A stretch of DNA of 64,000 bases, taken from contig NC_043020.1 of the NCBI RefSeq assembly GCF_006345805.1, forward strand, positions 1,674,001 through 1,738,000. The letters are read 5' to 3'. Every line of letters begins with the position of its first letter. The stretch's first letter is position 1. Shown piece by piece: positions 61,471-64,000 of this stretch. This stretch comes from Octopus sinensis. Its lineage: Eukaryota. The notes under the pieces were generated by a model. It was given only the letters and a program-made list of their open reading frames with translations, searched no databases and was not told the DNA's origin. Both the position numbers and the translations under genes were made by a program.

Positions 61471-61893
61471 GTATTTTATCCCCTCCTCCATCACCACTTG
61501 ACAACTAGTGTCGGTGTGTTTACATCCCTGTAACTTAACGGTTCAGCAAAAAGGGACCAATAAAATAAGTACCAGGCATACAAGGAATAAGTCCTGGTGG
61601 GGTCGATTTGTTCGATTAAAATCTTTCAAAGTGGTGCTCCAGCATGGCCGCAGTCAAATGACTGAAACAAGAAGAAACAAGAAAAAACACACACACACAC
61701 ACAAAATATTATTGTATGTACGTAAATATAAACACAAGCTTTCAAAAATTTCTTACCTTCTCTACTAGAAAGGCTGAAATACCATGTTGAGGTTTTACAT
61801 TGTCAGGATCAGTCTTAGCATAAACCACTAACACGTCAGCATCTGGGCCATTTGTAATCCAAAACTTGTTTCCTGTCAGTTCATAATGGTCAC
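56773..61893 (-). CDS. IVD: Isovaleryl-CoA dehydrogenase, mitochondrial; 3' seven exons (5' exons lie beyond the window end)
   Basis: Minus-strand exons 61893-61757 ([22 protein letters not shown]), 61215-61119 ([17 protein letters not shown]), 60518-60425 ([22 protein letters not shown]), 59631-59550 ([19 protein letters not shown]), 59116-59012 (KMADMY), 57701-57629 ([11 protein letters not shown]) and 56906-56773 ([31 protein letters not shown]...*). All are AG/GT and in frame. The motifs are characteristic of IVD among acyl-CoA dehydrogenases. Confidence 0.95.
57108..57548 (-). mobile_element. SINE family A, tandem pair in an IVD intron
   Basis: Two successive reverse-strand units. Confidence 0.8.
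57629..57701 (-). CDS. IVD: IVD exon (73 nt)
   Basis: [25 protein letters not shown]|gtgagt. Confidence 0.93.
58195..58520 (+). mobile_element. Retroelement 3' part with (GAT)n tail, preceded by (AAATC)n
   Basis: GGCATTAGGAAGGGCATCCAGCTGTAGAAAC...CCCATGCTAGCATGGAAAG..(TGA)n; internal repeat of CCTGTGC/GTGGCACGTAAAAGCACC. Confidence 0.65.
59012..59116 (-). CDS. IVD: IVD exon (105 nt)
   Basis: [35 protein letters not shown] |gtaagt. Confidence 0.93.
59550..59631 (-). CDS. IVD: IVD exon (82 nt)
   Basis: [27 protein letters not shown] |gttggt. Confidence 0.92.
59797..60355 (+). mobile_element. GC-rich RTE-5'-end-like element with a 187/188-bp tandem duplication, in an IVD intron
   Basis: Units 59797-59984 and 59985-~60170 are near-identical; they contain GAGCTATGC..GGGAACTTCGGTTCCTGGTAGGGCCACCCAAG. 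Confidence 0.6.
60425..60518 (-). CDS. IVD: IVD exon (94 nt)
   Basis: [32 protein letters not shown]|gttagt. Confidence 0.93.
60593..60902 (+). mobile_element. tRNA(Arg)-like-head SINE, body type 2
   Basis: Same head as 14447-14813; body contains GACGGACTGGCGTCCCGTCCAGG (V-SINE-core-like). Confidence 0.75.
61119..61215 (-). CDS. IVD: IVD exon (97 nt)
   Basis: [33 protein letters not shown]|gtatta. Confidence 0.93.
61262..61680 (+). mobile_element. SINE family B, full-length copy in an IVD intron
   Basis: Same head, body and tail as 24310-24729. Confidence 0.83.
61757..61893 (-). CDS. IVD: IVD exon (137 nt)
   Basis: accag|GT GAC CAT...; [45 protein letters not shown] |gtaaga. Confidence 0.93.
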
Positions 61894-61985
61894 CTGGTCA
61901 AAGAAATATTTGCATCAATATATTTCATAATCACATACGCATACACAGACTGATATGTGTACACACACAAGCACACTGTTATTAA

Positions 61986-62360
61986 ATTAATGCATTCGAG
62001 CTTTGGTGTTGGAGAAGACTTTTACGGATTCCATGGACAGCGAAGCTCACCAATGGAGAAGTTTTTAAGCAGATCAGGCCGAAAATGTCGCTAGAAGCTA
62101 GGATTACCAAGCATAGATTGGCATATTTTGGTCATATTATGCGGAGAAAATCCCTGGAGAAGGACATCATGCTCGGAATGGTCAGTGGCAAGAGAGGAAG
62201 AGTCCTATCAAGAACCCGCTGGCTTGACACCATCAAGAGGGATACCGGAATGGACATAGCCAATCTGAAAGAAGCAGCCCAGGATAGAACTGACTGGAGG
62301 ACACTGATCCAATGAGTGACTGAGAGTCGACTTCGACTGAGCAGATAGATAGATAGAGTT
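61986..62360 (+). mobile_element. RTE/BovB-like LINE 3' fragment
   Basis: Open frame 61986-62315: INAFELWCWRRLLRIPWTAKLTNGEV...RLAYFGHIMRRKSLEKDIMLGMVSGKRGR..RTRWLDTIK...AQDRTDWR; (AGAT)n tail. Confidence 0.9.
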
Positions 62361-62825
62361 ATAGTATGTATACACACAATTTTTTTTGTACCATAATCAC
62401 AAGACTAACATTTCAATATTAGTATGTACCATAAATCGCATTTTTTCCCCAAAATTTAACAGTCAAAATCCTTAGTGCGTACTATATACGAGGTTAAAAA
62501 TGAAAACTATTTTCTAAGCAATGTCCGAGTCTCTATTTGCTGTCCGGCAATAATTATTCAGATGCATTTTGTGATGTTGGGCGCGAAAATCCCTTAAGCT
62601 AAGCCTGAAAGCAATGAAGTCATAAAAGAATCATCCATAACTTGCAATAAGCAACATTTATTAAACGTTATTACTGTTATTTCTTTATTTTCTGCAAACA
62701 AAATGCACAAAAAAGCTACACGTTTGCATTATGTTATATATACAATAATAATAATAAAGGACGTCACCGTATACAATTTTACAAGCCAAGGACGTTATAT
62801 AGACCTCCTTGACTCATATCAGAGA

Positions 62826-63047
62826 CGTAAGTAGTCGATCCTACAACGACTTGCGCGTATGTTTGTATTTCAAGGCTGAATACATATCAAAGAAAATTAA
62901 ATAATATTTTTCGAACAAAAGTAAATAAAACGCAAAGTAAATAATTTTTAAAATTAAGTAAATAAATTATTTTTTATAAACAAACAAAGTTTAGGGTTAT
63001 GGTTAAAAAATTAGGGTTAACAGTCGTTGTAGGATCGACTACTTACG
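62826..63047. mobile_element. MITE-like element with perfect 25-bp inverted repeats
   Basis: CGTAAGTAGTCGATCCTACAACGAC (62826-62850) / GTCGTTGTAGGATCGACTACTTACG (63023-63047). Confidence 0.65.
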
Positions 63048-64000
63048 ACTAGCTAGCGCGGATGCGCGAGTGCGCGCACCGGGCCACTGTTTGCTAGTAG
63101 TACCTTACATGTAAATATGCATAGATACACATTATCATATCAACGTTGTCATAACAAAATGTGTGTGCGTCCATATATATATATATATATTATATATATA
63201 TATATATATATGCACACACACACATACACGCACGCACATGCCCACATTAACCCAATAACGTTCAATTCACAATCCTTTATATGACGTATGTGGCAACGTG
63301 TCAAAGGAGAGGGGAGATAATTTCCACAAATTGTCTCCCCTTTCGTTTTAAGCATCGGCAATGATGGCTACCAAGTTTTTTATCTTCTTTCTCCATCAAA
63401 AAGGAAAATTTGAATTAAAACTCAAGAATTACTTCGCGTGTATGGCAAACACTTCAATGTCACACGTTAAATTATCGATCATAATCTAGTTGAGTCATTT
63501 TCCTTCGCATATTATATTTTTTAAAAAACAAAAACATTAGTTTGTGATTCAAAGTGAAACTTCATTTTGTTAAGAAAGCTGGGAGACACCATGATTTGAA
63601 CCTTTAATCATAGGATTGCTTCGTTCAAATTCATCCGGTTTTAAATAGTACAACAATTAACACAGCATCACTGAGTATCAGGGCAGAGATTCAGGATCTT
63701 TTCGGTTTGAACTGCAGTTTTTTCTAGCAGAGTCATATGAAATTGTCACCCATAATTATGACCCTAGTATCGATCTATAGCATTTCGATCTATTTTAGGG
63801 TTTGTTAAGGGTTAGAGATGGGGGGAAGGGTATCTTTTTTTTTCTTCACAAATGTAAATAAACTCAATCTGTTTCTTAAACGAGGGACATATTCATACGG
63901 TACACAATATTTTTTACCTCAATGGACGTCAGTGATTGGTTGAAATTGCAGAAATTGAAGAAAAAAACAACAAATATCTTACAAACTATAGAATTTTCTC

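Noticed and set aside
61900-64000. Next upstream IVD exon (expected ...GALAMSEPNAGSDVVSM...)
   Set aside because: Not found on the minus strand within the window; it presumably lies beyond position 64000.

Overview
AT-rich, microsatellite- and SINE-saturated eukaryotic DNA. The repeat families and gene structure fit a coleoid cephalopod, most likely Octopus (inference). Three spliced genes could be rebuilt by hand with GT-AG junctions and consistent phases. (1) The 3' five exons of a divergent ionotropic glutamate receptor/IR-like gene (+, 653-7615). (2) An apparently complete 11-exon, 615-aa single-pass cadherin with only three EC repeats that resemble PCDH15/CDHR5 EC1-3 (+, 27905-52288). 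(3) The last seven exons of isovaleryl-CoA dehydrogenase IVD (-, 61893-56773), convergent with the cadherin. The rest is repeats: several tRNA-derived SINE families, RTE LINE pieces, Tigger/pogo, mariner and Chapaev-like transposase remnants, a Helitron nested in a TTAA-flanked MITE, and a ~545-bp satellite array that flips orientation inside a cadherin intron. The best leads are a structured RNA-like motif in RTE 5'-end sequences, a hammerhead-like motif family with a non-canonical core, the miniature PCDH15-like cadherin, the inverted satellite and a 237-bp near-perfect palindrome. Almost all ORFs in the supplied track are microsatellite or SINE artefacts. No CRISPR, rRNA or bona fide tRNA gene was seen.
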